Positions 29,082 through 37,339 of a stretch of DNA of 64,000 nt are shown piece by piece (within the stretch, counting starts at the first letter, position 1; every line of letters begins with the position of its first letter). Origin of the DNA: a virus (Duplodnaviria > Heunggongvirae > Uroviricota > Caudoviricetes); IMG/VR virus record IMGVR_UViG_3300037418_003161, positions 172,420 to 236,419 of that record. The stretch is one strand, 5' to 3'. The notes beneath the pieces are model-generated. The model had not been told where the DNA came from. It did no database searches and worked only from the letters and a program-made list of their open reading frames with translations. Made by a program: the position numbers and the translations under genes.

Positions 29082-29388
29082 TACAGATAAATACCGTTAT
29101 GGAAGATGGAGATATTTATAAAAGCGGATATTTTTTTCGCACCAGTGAAGATTTTCTACCTTTTTGCTATATTTATTTTACACGTAACACATTCTTTGTC
29201 GAATTGTTACCCCTTTTCTCACTCAAATAAAAAACAGGGTTGAACCTGTTTTGAAACTTTTAACCCCATCACAGCACGTTGTGGGGTTTTTTGTTTTCGG
29301 TCAATATATATATTTTTCACAATTTGTCAACATTTTTTGGAATTATTTTTTATTAATTTATCTTTGTATCAAACTTGACATAAATTTT

Positions 29389-29856
29389 ATGGTTACTGAT
29401 AAAGAAAAAGAAACTTCCTTCAAGGAAAAATTGAGGGAAAAACTCTTAAGTAAGATAAACGAAATCCTTGAGAGTAAAGAGAGTGAATATCTCCATGTTG
29501 AGTATTTTGACCATAAGACAGCCAAAAAAGCCTACATCAAAAAAGCCTTTCAGGTACTTGGTCAGCTATTCAGTATTGAAATGGTCTTCACCCAAAAATT
29601 AAGAATTGAAGGTGGTCAGTTCTTTATTCCCAAAGAACACTACCTGATTCGGTACAACAGTCGGTCATTTGAAGGTGGGTATCAGTATAACAAATATGAA
29701 GATATTGCAAACGCCTTGGGATTGACGATTGAAGACGTTGTGGAGATTTATAAAAAACTGGAAGAGCTTTCCAAGTTGACAAAAAAAGATATTGCCGCAG
29801 GACGAGCCTTTTATATGCGACAGATTGAAAAATCCTCCAAAAAAATTCTTATTTAA
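29389..29856 (+). CDS. Hypothetical protein
   Basis: ATG 29389 (MVTDKEKE...) lies just downstream of a TTGACA element (29374-29379) and a partial conserved motif; ORF-track start 29251 is probably too far upstream. Confidence 0.45.
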   Translation: MVTDKEKETSFKEKLREKLLSKINEILESKESEYLHVEYFDHKTAKKAYIKKAFQVLGQLFSIEMVFTQKLRIEGGQFFIPKEHYLIRYNSRSFEGGYQYNKYEDIANALGLTIEDVVEIYKKLEELSKLTKKDIAAGRAFYMRQIEKSSKKILI

Positions 29857-29869
29857 AAAAAATTTACAA

Positions 29870-29925
29870 AAATACTTGACATCTTGGGTTACTTTTCTTA
29901 TATTTTGGTATAATTATTATGAAAC
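29870..29925 (+). promoter_or_regulatory. Sigma70-like promoter (TTGACA-N17-TATATT, then TATAAT) upstream of tRNA island 1
   Basis: acTTGACAtcttgggttacttttctTATATTttggTATAATtatt; the same architecture occurs at 50815-50850 upstream of tRNA-Leu(CAA). Confidence 0.4.
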
Positions 29926-30123
29926 TTATTTGGGAGAAGTCCCAAAGCAAAAATTAAAAAATGAGAGTTCAATTAACACATAACCATATTAATCGCAACT
30001 GGCAACGCAATTGTCAGATTAGTAATGGTATGTCTAATTGGATTCCACGGAAATAACTTTTTGGTGTAAAGTAGGAGTAAAGCCCTTGGAATTCGAAAGT
30101 TTTTCAGGGGTTTTTTATTTTTA

Positions 30124-30195
30124 TGCCCTGTGGTGTAACGGCAAGCATGTAACACTCTGAATGTTACGGAACAAGTTCGAATCTTGTCAGGGCGA
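30124..30195 (+). tRNA. tRNA-Gln (anticodon CTG)
   Basis: Hand-folded cloverleaf: acceptor TGCCCTG/CAGGGCG, anticodon stem TAACA/TGTTA, loop CTCTGAA, T-arm ACAAG-TTCGAAT-CTTGT. Confidence 0.7.
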
Positions 30196-30200
30196 CACAA

Positions 30201-30272
30201 TCCCATGTGGTGTAACGCTAACATCCCACCCTTTGAAGGTGCGAGTTTCAAGTTCGAGTCTTGACATGGGAA
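30201..30272 (+). tRNA. tRNA-Gln (anticodon TTG)
   Basis: Acceptor TCCCATG/CATGGGA (7 bp), anticodon loop CTTTGAA on a 4-bp stem plus one C-C mismatch, T-arm TCAAG-TTCGAGT-CTTGA. Confidence 0.6.
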
Positions 30273-30282
30273 CAAAAAAAAT

Positions 30283-30368
30283 GGTGGATTACTCAAGCGG
30301 TTAAGAGAGCGGTTTGCTAAACCGTACAGGGTTAAAATCCTGCGTGAGTTCGATTCTCACATCCACCG
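30283..30368 (+). tRNA. tRNA-Ser (anticodon GCT), class II
   Basis: Acceptor GGTGGAT/ATCCACC, D-arm CTC...GAG with long loop, anticodon stem GCGGT/ACCGT, loop TTGCTAA, long variable arm CAGGG...CCTG, T-arm GTGAG-TTCGATT-CTCAC. Confidence 0.7.
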
Positions 30369-30373
30369 CATAC

Positions 30374-30444
30374 GTAGGTTTGGTGTAACGGTAGCATGAC
30401 GCTCTCCAAAAGCGTTGGCGGGAGTTCGAATCTCTCAATCTGCG
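30374..30444 (+). tRNA. tRNA-Trp (anticodon CCA)
   Basis: Anticodon stem ACGCT/AGCGT, loop CTCCAAA, T-arm GGGAG-TTCGAAT-CTCTC; acceptor GTAGGTT/AATCTGC with two G-U pairs. Confidence 0.65.
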
Positions 30445-30448
30445 CAAT

Positions 30449-30706
30449 ATGAAAGGACAATTTGAAGAAATTATCAAGAAGCTCAAACTCAGAAGTGAGT
30501 TGATGAGCAAACGATATTCAAACATTGTTACTCCAAGCGGAATTAAGATTATACGGATTGTTCAGAGTCTTATTGACGAAGATGTTGTTCTAATTCATAT
30601 TAAATGGAGTTACAAAGACGGTATTCCCAATTTTGAGGAATTGCAGAAATACCAAAACGAATGTTTGAAATATTGGAATGTGAAGACTGAAATAAGACGA
30701 GTATAA
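30449..30706 (+). CDS. Hypothetical protein
   Basis: 85 aa ORF directly after the tRNA cluster. Confidence 0.35.
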   Translation: MKGQFEEIIKKLKLRSELMSKRYSNIVTPSGIKIIRIVQSLIDEDVVLIHIKWSYKDGIPNFEELQKYQNECLKYWNVKTEIRRV

Positions 30707-30743
30707 TACATTGGGGATGTAGCTCAAAGGAAGAGCGGCACTT

Positions 30744-30815
30744 TGTTAAAGTGAAGGTTGAGATATCGTAATTCTCCATCCCCGCAAACCCGAAACTTTT
30801 TCCCTATAGGGCAGT
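30744..30815 (+). tRNA. tRNA-Asn-like (anticodon GTT) with atypical T-arm; possible pseudogene
   Basis: Perfect acceptor GGGGATG/CATCCCC, D-arm GCTC/GAGC, anticodon loop TTGTTAA on a 4-bp stem. T-loop reads ATCGTAA and the T-stem has a T-T mismatch. Confidence 0.45.
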
Positions 30816-30869
30816 ATAGGGATAGATGCTGCCACATCGAAAAGAGGGAGTAGGGAAAGTTATTAACAT

Positions 30870-30941
30870 GGTGTATGAAGCTTTAAGGTGAAGCACTTGG
30901 TTGTGGGCCAAGGGAAGTCGGTTCGATACCGTCCTTACACC
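30870..30941 (+). tRNA. tRNA-His (anticodon GTG) with G-1
   Basis: Extra 5' G at 30870 opposite discriminator C (His hallmark). Acceptor GTGTATG/CTTACAC, anticodon stem CTTGG/CCAAG, loop TTGTGGG, T-loop TTCGATA. Confidence 0.7.
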
Positions 30942-30953
30942 CAAATTATTTTT

Positions 30954-31241
30954 ATGAATAAGGAACAGAAAATTAGATTGGCTGACATGCTTTTGGAATT
31001 TGTAAGCAACAATCAGGAAGACAGGGTGAATCTGCCCCGGATGGTTGGAACACTTACAAAGGCCCAAGGTCTGAACGGCTTTAAACGTGCTGAAATTGGA
31101 ACACCCGTTTTTGATATTGGTGACAAATATATGATAATGATTGAAAGCCTTGATGGTAATAGAAATGTTGAGGTAACTTATTATAAAGATACATTGAAAC
31201 CTGTCATTGAGTTTGATGGTGAAGCAAAAGTTATTTCATAA
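30954..31241 (+). CDS. Hypothetical protein
   Basis: ATG 30954 (MNKEQKIRLADML...) just after tRNA-His; ORF-track start 30888 lies inside the tRNA. Confidence 0.35.
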   Translation: MNKEQKIRLADMLLEFVSNNQEDRVNLPRMVGTLTKAQGLNGFKRAEIGTPVFDIGDKYMIMIESLDGNRNVEVTYYKDTLKPVIEFDGEAKVIS

Positions 31242-31278
31242 AAGGTAGACTTTCAACTTTGGAAGAACTTAATAATAA

Positions 31279-31357
31279 TGGCGTGTATAGAGCCATCCTG
31301 ATGAGATGGATATTCTTAGCGGTATTGAAAACGTGGGTTCGAATCCCACCACGCCAA
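31279..31357 (+). tRNA. Non-canonical tRNA-like gene (hairpin loop CTGATGA would give anticodon GAT, Ile)
   Basis: Perfect acceptor TGGCGTG/CACGCCA and T-arm GTGGG-TTCGAAT-CCCAC. The body has only one clean hairpin (CCATC-CTGATGA-GATGG) plus 5 nt before and 23 nt after it; no standard D-arm. Confidence 0.35.
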
Positions 31358-31371
31358 CCAAGGGAACAGGT

Positions 31372-31396
31372 AGTGGTTCGACTCCACTCAGGCATA
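31372..31396 (+). ncRNA. Isolated tRNA 3'-half-like element (T-arm AGTGG-TTCGACT-CCACT plus 7 nt)
   Basis: Canonical T-arm with no matching 5' acceptor half within 90 nt upstream. Confidence 0.3.
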
Positions 31397-31444
31397 GATT
31401 CTACGTTTGTAGCATTTGATGGTAGTGCAGTTCCCGCCTTTTAT

Positions 31445-31526
31445 GGCCCCGTAACAGCACCGTCTTCGAAACGGTACGCATTGTAATGGAAGGAAGATGT
31501 GAGTTCGACCCTCACCGGGGCTTCCA
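31445..31526 (+). tRNA. Non-canonical tRNA-like gene with encoded CCA (hairpin loop CTTCGAA would give anticodon TCG, Arg)
   Basis: Acceptor GGCCCCG/CGGGGCT, discriminator T, then CCA. T-arm GTGAG-TTCGACC-CTCAC. Body architecture mirrors 31279-31357: 5 nt, then hairpin ACCGT-CTTCGAA-ACGGT, then 23 nt. Confidence 0.35.
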
Positions 31527-31531
31527 AAGTT

Positions 31532-31556
31532 GTAGGTTCGAGTCCTACTCAGTCTG
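31532..31556 (+). ncRNA. Isolated tRNA 3'-half-like element (T-arm GTAGG-TTCGAGT-CCTAC plus 7 nt)
   Basis: Second T-arm-only element, immediately after the preceding tRNA-like gene and before a T-run. Confidence 0.3.
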
Positions 31557-31580
31557 CGATTTTTTATTTATCTTTGTTCC

Positions 31581-31940
31581 ATGAAAACCATTGTTGAACA
31601 AATGATTGAGGCCGGGTATAGGAAATTTACACCATCCTCATATTATCACGCCAAAGAAGCGTATCAGGCTCGCATCAGGGATGAAGTTGGAACTCGGTAT
31701 TTTATAACTTGTTACATTTACAATTTCAGTGATTTAGCACAGGAGCCACAAGAGGATAGTTACAGCTTTGAGGTTCAGTATGATAGTCACGGAAATCAAA
31801 CATTTGATGTGAGAAGGGGTGGGTGGTTTGGGCCGAATAAGTGGAACCATCCATATTTAACACTCCGGGAAATTGAAGATTTTTTCGGTCTCATTTGGGA
31901 AACAACTGGACGATTGTATTATGAAAAAGATGAATATTAA
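31581..31940 (+). CDS. Hypothetical protein
   Basis: 119 aa; ATG follows the promoter motif TTATTTATCTTTGTTCC. Confidence 0.45.
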   Translation: MKTIVEQMIEAGYRKFTPSSYYHAKEAYQARIRDEVGTRYFITCYIYNFSDLAQEPQEDSYSFEVQYDSHGNQTFDVRRGGWFGPNKWNHPYLTLREIEDFFGLIWETTGRLYYEKDEY

Positions 31941-31950
31941 ATTTATAAAG

Positions 31951-32035
31951 GGGTAGTTGGTCGAGTGGTCGATGGCGGCAGTCTGCAAAACTGTTGGGAG
32001 CAATCCCCGCACAGGTTCGAATCCTGTACTACCCT
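31951..32035 (+). tRNA. tRNA with Cys anticodon GCA and U73 but a class II (long variable arm) body
   Basis: Perfect acceptor GGGTAGT/ACTACCC, Ser-like D-arm GTC-GAGTGGTCGAT-GGC, anticodon stem GCAGT/ACTGT, loop CTGCAAA. 16-nt variable arm GGGA-GCAA-TCCC (GNRA loop). T-arm ACAGG-TTCGAAT-CCTGT, discriminator T. Confidence 0.6.
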
Positions 32036-32036
32036 C

Positions 32037-32456
32037 ATGGATTATTTCACATTAGAATATGCAAACCGACATATTCCCCGGAATCGGCAACGGGGAATAC
32101 GGCATTATTTTAAAGGGAAAAGTTATTTTGATTTTGTTGGAAATGAATATAAAATCAAAGATGTGATATTTTTTGAAAGAACATCAATCGTGTGTCCACA
32201 TACTGATATCATTTTTGATTATGAATATATTCAACATAGTTTTAAGATTTCTACCTATACGCCCATCGTTGAGCGGATAAAATACATCATAAAGACATAT
32301 TCATTTTGGGAAGTTCCCAACTGCACCATTTACTTCGGAATTGACACCCTTTCCTTACACCATCAAAAACGTGCCGTTGAAAATTATTATATTGATGAAC
32401 AATTAAAAAAAGAAAAATTTATTTCAGGACTCCCAAATCTTTTTTATCGTGGATAA
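32037..32456 (+). CDS. Hypothetical protein
   Basis: First ATG after the tRNA (MDYFTLEYANRH...); ORF-track start 31965 lies inside the tRNA. Confidence 0.4.
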   Translation: MDYFTLEYANRHIPRNRQRGIRHYFKGKSYFDFVGNEYKIKDVIFFERTSIVCPHTDIIFDYEYIQHSFKISTYTPIVERIKYIIKTYSFWEVPNCTIYFGIDTLSLHHQKRAVENYYIDEQLKKEKFISGLPNLFYRG

Positions 32457-32748
32457 AATGGTAGAAATATTAAGAACTTTGTATCAGGGCAAGTGGGTTA
32501 AGGGACATTATATTGAGGCGATTGCAAGAGAGAAAGTTATTAACAGAAATTATATTTATATTCTTTCCCAAAGAATTTCAACACTGACTATAAGCGGGGA
32601 TGAGGAAACTGTGAGATATTTTGAACACGTCATTGTAAAATATTTTGATGAAAGAAATTTGGTTTGGTTGGTTTTTGATGCTGATTATTTCAATCAAATT
32701 GCAAACCACCCCCCGGTTAAACGAAATGATGGAATTTATAGTTGTTAA
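32449..32748 (+). CDS. Hypothetical protein
   Basis: 99 aa ORF. Confidence 0.35.
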   Translation: MDKMVEILRTLYQGKWVKGHYIEAIAREKVINRNYIYILSQRISTLTISGDEETVRYFEHVIVKYFDERNLVWLVFDADYFNQIANHPPVKRNDGIYSC

Positions 32749-33593
32749 ATAATTCCCATCTTATCTAATAGTTCTCCCAAATTCTTTGAATCCGTTCTCC
32801 CTGATTTTGAGGCAATGAAATAAGATTTATAATCTTTTGCGCTATCAAACAGTAAATCTTCATATTTTTCAAATTTCTCATGCTTCATACTGTAATTAAC
32901 CTGATATTCGCATTCCACCCCAAAATATGAATTAAGACTGTCCACGCTAGTGATAAAACCTTCATCCCTGTTTTTAAATAATACTACCCTGATATTACTA
33001 TTTATCTCAATAATCAAAATAATCGCCGGAGAAAAATGTTTAAATGCTGTTTCAATGAATTTAAGAAATATGGATTTATTCAATTTAAAATTTTCTTCCT
33101 GTTCCTGCAACTGGTCGGTCTTATCGTTGTGATGGAGGTATTTGATTGAAACAAGAACATCATATGAGGGAATTCCAAGTTTCTGACAGATGTCCTCTGC
33201 TTTCTCTTGTGTGGTTTCTCTGATTATTCTTACCCAAGGAGTATTGGGTTCTATATACGAATAGAATTCCCCAAATTCTTTGAGGTCGATATTGGGTTCG
33301 TATTCAATCTCACCATAAACATTTAAAAATTTAGCAGTAACAACTCCCTTTACTTCTACCTCGAAAATAACCACATGGCCATCTGTGTGAACGTCTACGT
33401 ACTCAAAAACAATTTTATATTTTTCATCATCAAAAGCATCACTCTCCCACATATACACTTCATCAGCTATAAACTTCTTCAGGTAATTAATTTTTTTATC
33501 ATTAACACCTTTATCCATTTCAATCAGGAGACGGTCATAATAATTTAATTCCATTCCCATAAATATCTCAATTTTTGACGTACCACCAAGCAA
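32745..33593 (-). CDS. Hypothetical protein
   Basis: 282 aa ORF. Confidence 0.45.
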   Translation of the reverse strand: MLGGTSKIEIFMGMELNYYDRLLIEMDKGVNDKKINYLKKFIADEVYMWESDAFDDEKYKIVFEYVDVHTDGHVVIFEVEVKGVVTAKFLNVYGEIEYEPNIDLKEFGEFYSYIEPNTPWVRIIRETTQEKAEDICQKLGIPSYDVLVSIKYLHHNDKTDQLQEQEENFKLNKSIFLKFIETAFKHFSPAIILIIEINSNIRVVLFKNRDEGFITSVDSLNSYFGVECEYQVNYSMKHEKFEKYEDLLFDSAKDYKSYFIASKSGRTDSKNLGELLDKMGII

Positions 33594-34284
33594 TCAATTC
33601 TTCCATCCGTTGAGTGGAGTAATCTTTTGGGAGAGCCAAGGGTTGACCCACTAAATATGCTGGAATTCCCATACTCTGTGATGCCAGTTGTTTTGTCCAC
33701 GCTATCAATGCTTGCAGAGCCGCATATTTGCTTTCCAGATGGGGTTTATACCTGTTTTTTGTAAAACTAATGGTATAATCGCTATAAAAGACCATATCTG
33801 TTGGCAACCCCATAGGTTGAACACCCACCAAATTAGCGTCTATCACTTGGGCCTTAACTCTTCGAATAGATGGATACACCACATCCTCAAACACAAAAGG
33901 ATTAACGTAAGCGATTTTCCAGTTGTCAAAGTAAAATATGGATGAGCCATTTCGCAGATAAAACGTATGATAACCGAAGTATTGAATAAGCCGGGCTACA
34001 AACTTTGCTTCCTCAACATGGTCAAAACTTGAATTACCACAAAACACCACCAATTTTCCTTCGTTATCAATGGAAAATTCTTTTATCGTTGTATAAAAAA
34101 CAAGACCATGATAGGTTTTTTCAATGGAATAGGTTCTACCTTCAAACCGCTTTTTGATTTCCAAAAATCTTTTTTCACTACGGAATCTTGTAGTACTTTC
34201 AGGTAGGAGTAACATAGCTGAATTGTAAAAAAAATATTTTATAAAGTCAAACTGCTTTAGCTTTGTTTCATATACTAAAACCAA
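33568..34284 (-). CDS. Hypothetical protein
   Basis: 238 aa ORF. Confidence 0.45.
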   Translation of the reverse strand: MVLVYETKLKQFDFIKYFFYNSAMLLLPESTTRFRSEKRFLEIKKRFEGRTYSIEKTYHGLVFYTTIKEFSIDNEGKLVVFCGNSSFDHVEEAKFVARLIQYFGYHTFYLRNGSSIFYFDNWKIAYVNPFVFEDVVYPSIRRVKAQVIDANLVGVQPMGLPTDMVFYSDYTISFTKNRYKPHLESKYAALQALIAWTKQLASQSMGIPAYLVGQPLALPKDYSTQRMEELIAWWYVKN

Positions 34285-34289
34285 TACAT

Positions 34290-35006
34290 ATGGCTACAAC
34301 TTCTTTTTTTAAAAACTTAGAGAAAAACGCCCTTACCAAAGCCAAAACCAAAGAAAGTCCCCACAAAGTCATTGAGGTGGTGGACGATGGTGTTTTCGAG
34401 TTGGTGCGCCAACTGGTAAAGAAACAAAACGAGGCCAAAAACCTCAAGGCTGAAATTGACTCCTTGGATGATGATGTTCGCACTACCGCCTTTAATAAGT
34501 TTACAGCGTTGTATGAGTCTGAACGGGAAAATCCCGGAACGGTCACGGTAGATTTTAAAAACCAAAAAGGGGAAGAAGCCTCTCTTCAGTTCATTCCTAC
34601 CGATAATTATTGCAAAATTGATGAAGGCAAAGCGCAAAGACTGATTGTAGAATTTGGAAGGAGTGTGGTCAAAGAAGAAGACCTAATTGTGGTGGACAAC
34701 AAAATGTTTAAGAAATATGAGAAGGTGTTGGATGAATTCATTCGGAACACCGATAAAATCCCGGAGGAAGACAAAATGAAACTCTTCGAATGGGAAAAGG
34801 TTTATTGTGTTGCCCCCGGAACGCACAACCGTCTTTCCGAACTGGCAACCAAGGTGAAAGCCACGGTAAAGGAGATATTTGTCAAAATCGGGGTGATATA
34901 TCAAATTAAAAATGTCAAAATGGTCAACGAGATTAGCACCCCAATTGCTCCTGCTACCATAACGCCAAGTAGCAGACCAAAGAAACGAATTGCCGCCGCA
35001 CAATGA
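34290..35006 (+). CDS. Hypothetical protein
   Basis: ATG 34290 (MATTSFFKNL...). Confidence 0.45.
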   Translation: MATTSFFKNLEKNALTKAKTKESPHKVIEVVDDGVFELVRQLVKKQNEAKNLKAEIDSLDDDVRTTAFNKFTALYESERENPGTVTVDFKNQKGEEASLQFIPTDNYCKIDEGKAQRLIVEFGRSVVKEEDLIVVDNKMFKKYEKVLDEFIRNTDKIPEEDKMKLFEWEKVYCVAPGTHNRLSELATKVKATVKEIFVKIGVIYQIKNVKMVNEISTPIAPATITPSSRPKKRIAAAQ

Positions 35007-35067
35007 AAATCGGGGAGTTCCCCGATTTTTTTTTTGATGGCAATTTAAAGTGTTTTATCTTTGTTTT

Positions 35068-35517
35068 ATGAGTTTAATCCTACAACAACAACAAATTCTT
35101 GAGGGTAATAACCTTATTGCAAAATTATTGGGGTGGTATCAGCAAGAAGGAGAGGAAGGGACATGGTTTGTCAGGTCGGAATTTACCATAGATGTCGCCT
35201 ACTCCATCCACAACAATTATCCGTGGCGTGACCTTCCCTTCTTTCGTTCATGGGAATGGTTACACAAGGCCATTGACAAAGTGGAAGAAATTGGTTATAA
35301 TGTGGTTATCAGCCGGGATGCAATCCAAGTGCGGAAAAAGCGCATTACCGATTTTACAATTGATTTGATTATAGATGAAGATTTTTCTCCTGATTATGTA
35401 GGGGAAATAAAAAGGGAGGGAACGTGGAGTGCAATTGTGAGTTTTTGCGAATGGTATTTTAAAAATTATCCGAATGGAGAAGGAACAAATAACAGCAGGA
35501 AACAAACTGATAGCTAA
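35068..35517 (+). CDS. Hypothetical protein, paralog of the next gene
   Basis: ATG 35068 directly after the promoter motif. N-terminus ILEGNNLIAKLLGWYQ resembles ITAGNKLIAKFMGYAY of the downstream ORF. Confidence 0.4.
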   Translation: MSLILQQQQILEGNNLIAKLLGWYQQEGEEGTWFVRSEFTIDVAYSIHNNYPWRDLPFFRSWEWLHKAIDKVEEIGYNVVISRDAIQVRKKRITDFTIDLIIDEDFSPDYVGEIKREGTWSAIVSFCEWYFKNYPNGEGTNNSRKQTDS

Positions 35518-35902
35518 ATTCATGGGGTATGCCTACTACCCTTCAAACCATATTCCCTCTTCACCCCGGAGAGGGATTTTTGTGCCGGGCTGGAAAACAC
35601 ATGAATGGGCATCAGATGTCTCGAAATTTAATTTGGGTAAAATGCATTATCTGTGCAGAAGTCATAACGGGCTACAGTATTACGAGAACTGGAACTGGCT
35701 CATGAAAGTTGTGGAAAAAATTGAAAAACTAACAGGTAATTTCAGATTGGTGAACAATATTGCCATTATTGATGAGAATGATGAAAAAGGAACAGTCAGG
35801 GACTTTGTTCATGACCGGGTTGTTGGTAACAATAAAAAGGAAGCCGCTTGGCTCATGTGTGTGGCGTTTATATCATGGTATTTGGAAAAACAAAAAACTT
35901 GA
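35474..35902 (+). CDS. Hypothetical protein, paralog of the previous gene
   Basis: 142 aa; shares N-terminal and C-terminal sequence similarity with 35068-35517. Confidence 0.4.
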   Translation: MEKEQITAGNKLIAKFMGYAYYPSNHIPSSPRRGIFVPGWKTHEWASDVSKFNLGKMHYLCRSHNGLQYYENWNWLMKVVEKIEKLTGNFRLVNNIAIIDENDEKGTVRDFVHDRVVGNNKKEAAWLMCVAFISWYLEKQKT

Positions 35903-35930
35903 TTTATCTTTGTTTTATAAAACAAACGCC

Positions 35931-36221
35931 ATGGAAAGGAAACCTAGAAAAAAATACGAAAAGCGTGTCCCAACGGATGAAAAACTGTACCGCTTTTCCA
36001 AGCGGCACGTTCCCCTTAAAGGCTCAGATGGTCAAATGCATTACGTCTATTCGCTGAACGTGCCGCAGGACATTGTGGAAAGGTTTCAGGAAGGGATAGC
36101 CTTTCAAGTTAAGCTGACAGAGGATGGGATTTTGTTTGTACCAGTAGTGGTGCAGGAAGTGTCCAAAACCATCACGGTCAAAGAGTATGCGCCAGTAAAA
36201 ATAAACGAGGTCTTAAAATGA
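35931..36221 (+). CDS. Hypothetical protein
   Basis: ATG 35931 (MERKPRKKYEKR...) follows the promoter motif at 35903-35921; ORF-track start 35760 is upstream of the motif. Confidence 0.4.
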   Translation: MERKPRKKYEKRVPTDEKLYRFSKRHVPLKGSDGQMHYVYSLNVPQDIVERFQEGIAFQVKLTEDGILFVPVVVQEVSKTITVKEYAPVKINEVLK

Positions 36222-36856
36222 GGTATACGAAATACCATTTCATTTATCCACCATACATTGAAAAAGAAATCAAAACAACCGAATTGGGTCGCTTCGATAC
36301 AGGATGGATGTACCAACCCAAACTCAATGGGTCGTGTTGTGTGGTTTTTATCAACGGTGAGGACATTCGTATTCTAAACCGACACGATAAGCCCCTACAG
36401 GATTTTACAATCCCAATAAGTGAAATCAAGGCTCTTTACAACATGCCGAGCAAGCGCAAGGGTTGGTTGGTACTGGTGGGGGAGTACATGAATAAATCTC
36501 AAAAAGATGAAAACAATTTACTTTTCAACCATAAATTGGTATTGTTTGACATCTTGGTGTTTGATTGTCAGTACTTGGTAGCTACTACCTTTCAAGAACG
36601 CTATTTGATGATGACGGCCTTGTATGGGAAAGAGCGGCACGATAAACCATACCTGACTCAAATCACCGACAATATTTACAAAGTGGTGAGTTTTGAGGGA
36701 AGCGTGAAGGGAACCTACGACTTCCTGACCATGTTTCAAATCTATGACGGCGTGGTAGGAAAGAAGAAGAACGGAGTATTAGAATTTGGAGATAAGGAAA
36801 AGAATACCATTAAAACACAAATAAAAGTTTGTAAATCTATGAAAAACTATGAATAG
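36218..36856 (+). CDS. ATP-dependent nucleic-acid ligase, minimal nucleotidyltransferase domain
   Basis: 212 aa. Ligase motifs in order: motif I KLNGSC (KxDG-type), motif III LVLVGEY, motif IV LVLFDILVFD, motif V DGVVGKKKNG. Confidence 0.68.
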   Translation: MRYTKYHFIYPPYIEKEIKTTELGRFDTGWMYQPKLNGSCCVVFINGEDIRILNRHDKPLQDFTIPISEIKALYNMPSKRKGWLVLVGEYMNKSQKDENNLLFNHKLVLFDILVFDCQYLVATTFQERYLMMTALYGKERHDKPYLTQITDNIYKVVSFEGSVKGTYDFLTMFQIYDGVVGKKKNGVLEFGDKEKNTIKTQIKVCKSMKNYE

Positions 36857-37070
36857 TGAAATAAACAAATCCATTCTTTGGTTGGCGGTAATGACCATTA
36901 TTATATTGGGGGGGATTGCCTATTTTGCTTACAGCCCCAAACTAAAGAAAAGGGACTACACCTACTCAATAAACGGAGGCAATGTTGATACCTTTTTACT
37001 GGATAAAAATGAATGTGCCACTCTGATTATTAATAAAGACACAATACGAATTTGTAATGGAAAACACTAA
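36849..37070 (+). CDS. Small membrane protein
   Basis: 73 aa with one hydrophobic helix. Confidence 0.3.
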   Translation: MNSEINKSILWLAVMTIIILGGIAYFAYSPKLKKRDYTYSINGGNVDTFLLDKNECATLIINKDTIRICNGKH

Positions 37071-37251
37071 TACATTGGGAATCAGCCAAGGCTTATACAA
37101 CTACGGTATAATGGTTTTTGGGGAAGAAGAAAAATTCATCAAATGGTGGAATTCACCCATTCGGGCTTTGGGGAATAAAAAACCTTCAGAAGTTAGCGAA
37201 CTGGAAGCAAGAACAATCCTTACCCGGATTGAATACGGCATCTACTCTTGA
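37057..37251 (+). CDS. DUF2384 (Xre/MbcA/ParS antitoxin C-terminal domain)-like small protein
   Basis: 64 aa. KFIKWWNSPIRALGNKKPSEVSELEARTILTRIEYGIYS matches the W..P...LGG..P.ELL.T..G...V...L.RIEYG.Y consensus of that domain. Terminator follows at 37278-37304. Confidence 0.6.
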   Translation: MENTNTLGISQGLYNYGIMVFGEEEKFIKWWNSPIRALGNKKPSEVSELEARTILTRIEYGIYS

Positions 37252-37277
37252 TTTTGTCATTATATGTTGTATGTTTC

Positions 37278-37304
37278 ACCCCGGATGTTGTTCCGGGGTT
37301 TTTG
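37278..37304 (+). terminator. Terminator of the CCCCGGA family
   Basis: CACCCCGGA-TGTTGT-TCCGGGGTTTTTG after the DUF2384-like gene. Confidence 0.55.
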
Positions 37305-37339
37305 TTTGACTTTGTAAAATAAATTTTATATTATTTAAC

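Noticed and set aside
30815-30870. Spacer between tRNA-Asn-like and tRNA-His with inverted repeats (ccctataggg, gcag...ctgc)
   Set aside because: The hairpins are short and AT-poor in pairing; they are probably ordinary processing-spacer structure.
31259-31486. 75-aa ORF spanning the tRNA-like region
   Set aside because: Overlaps multiple T-arm and acceptor elements and has no promoter or start context; the RNA interpretation is preferred.
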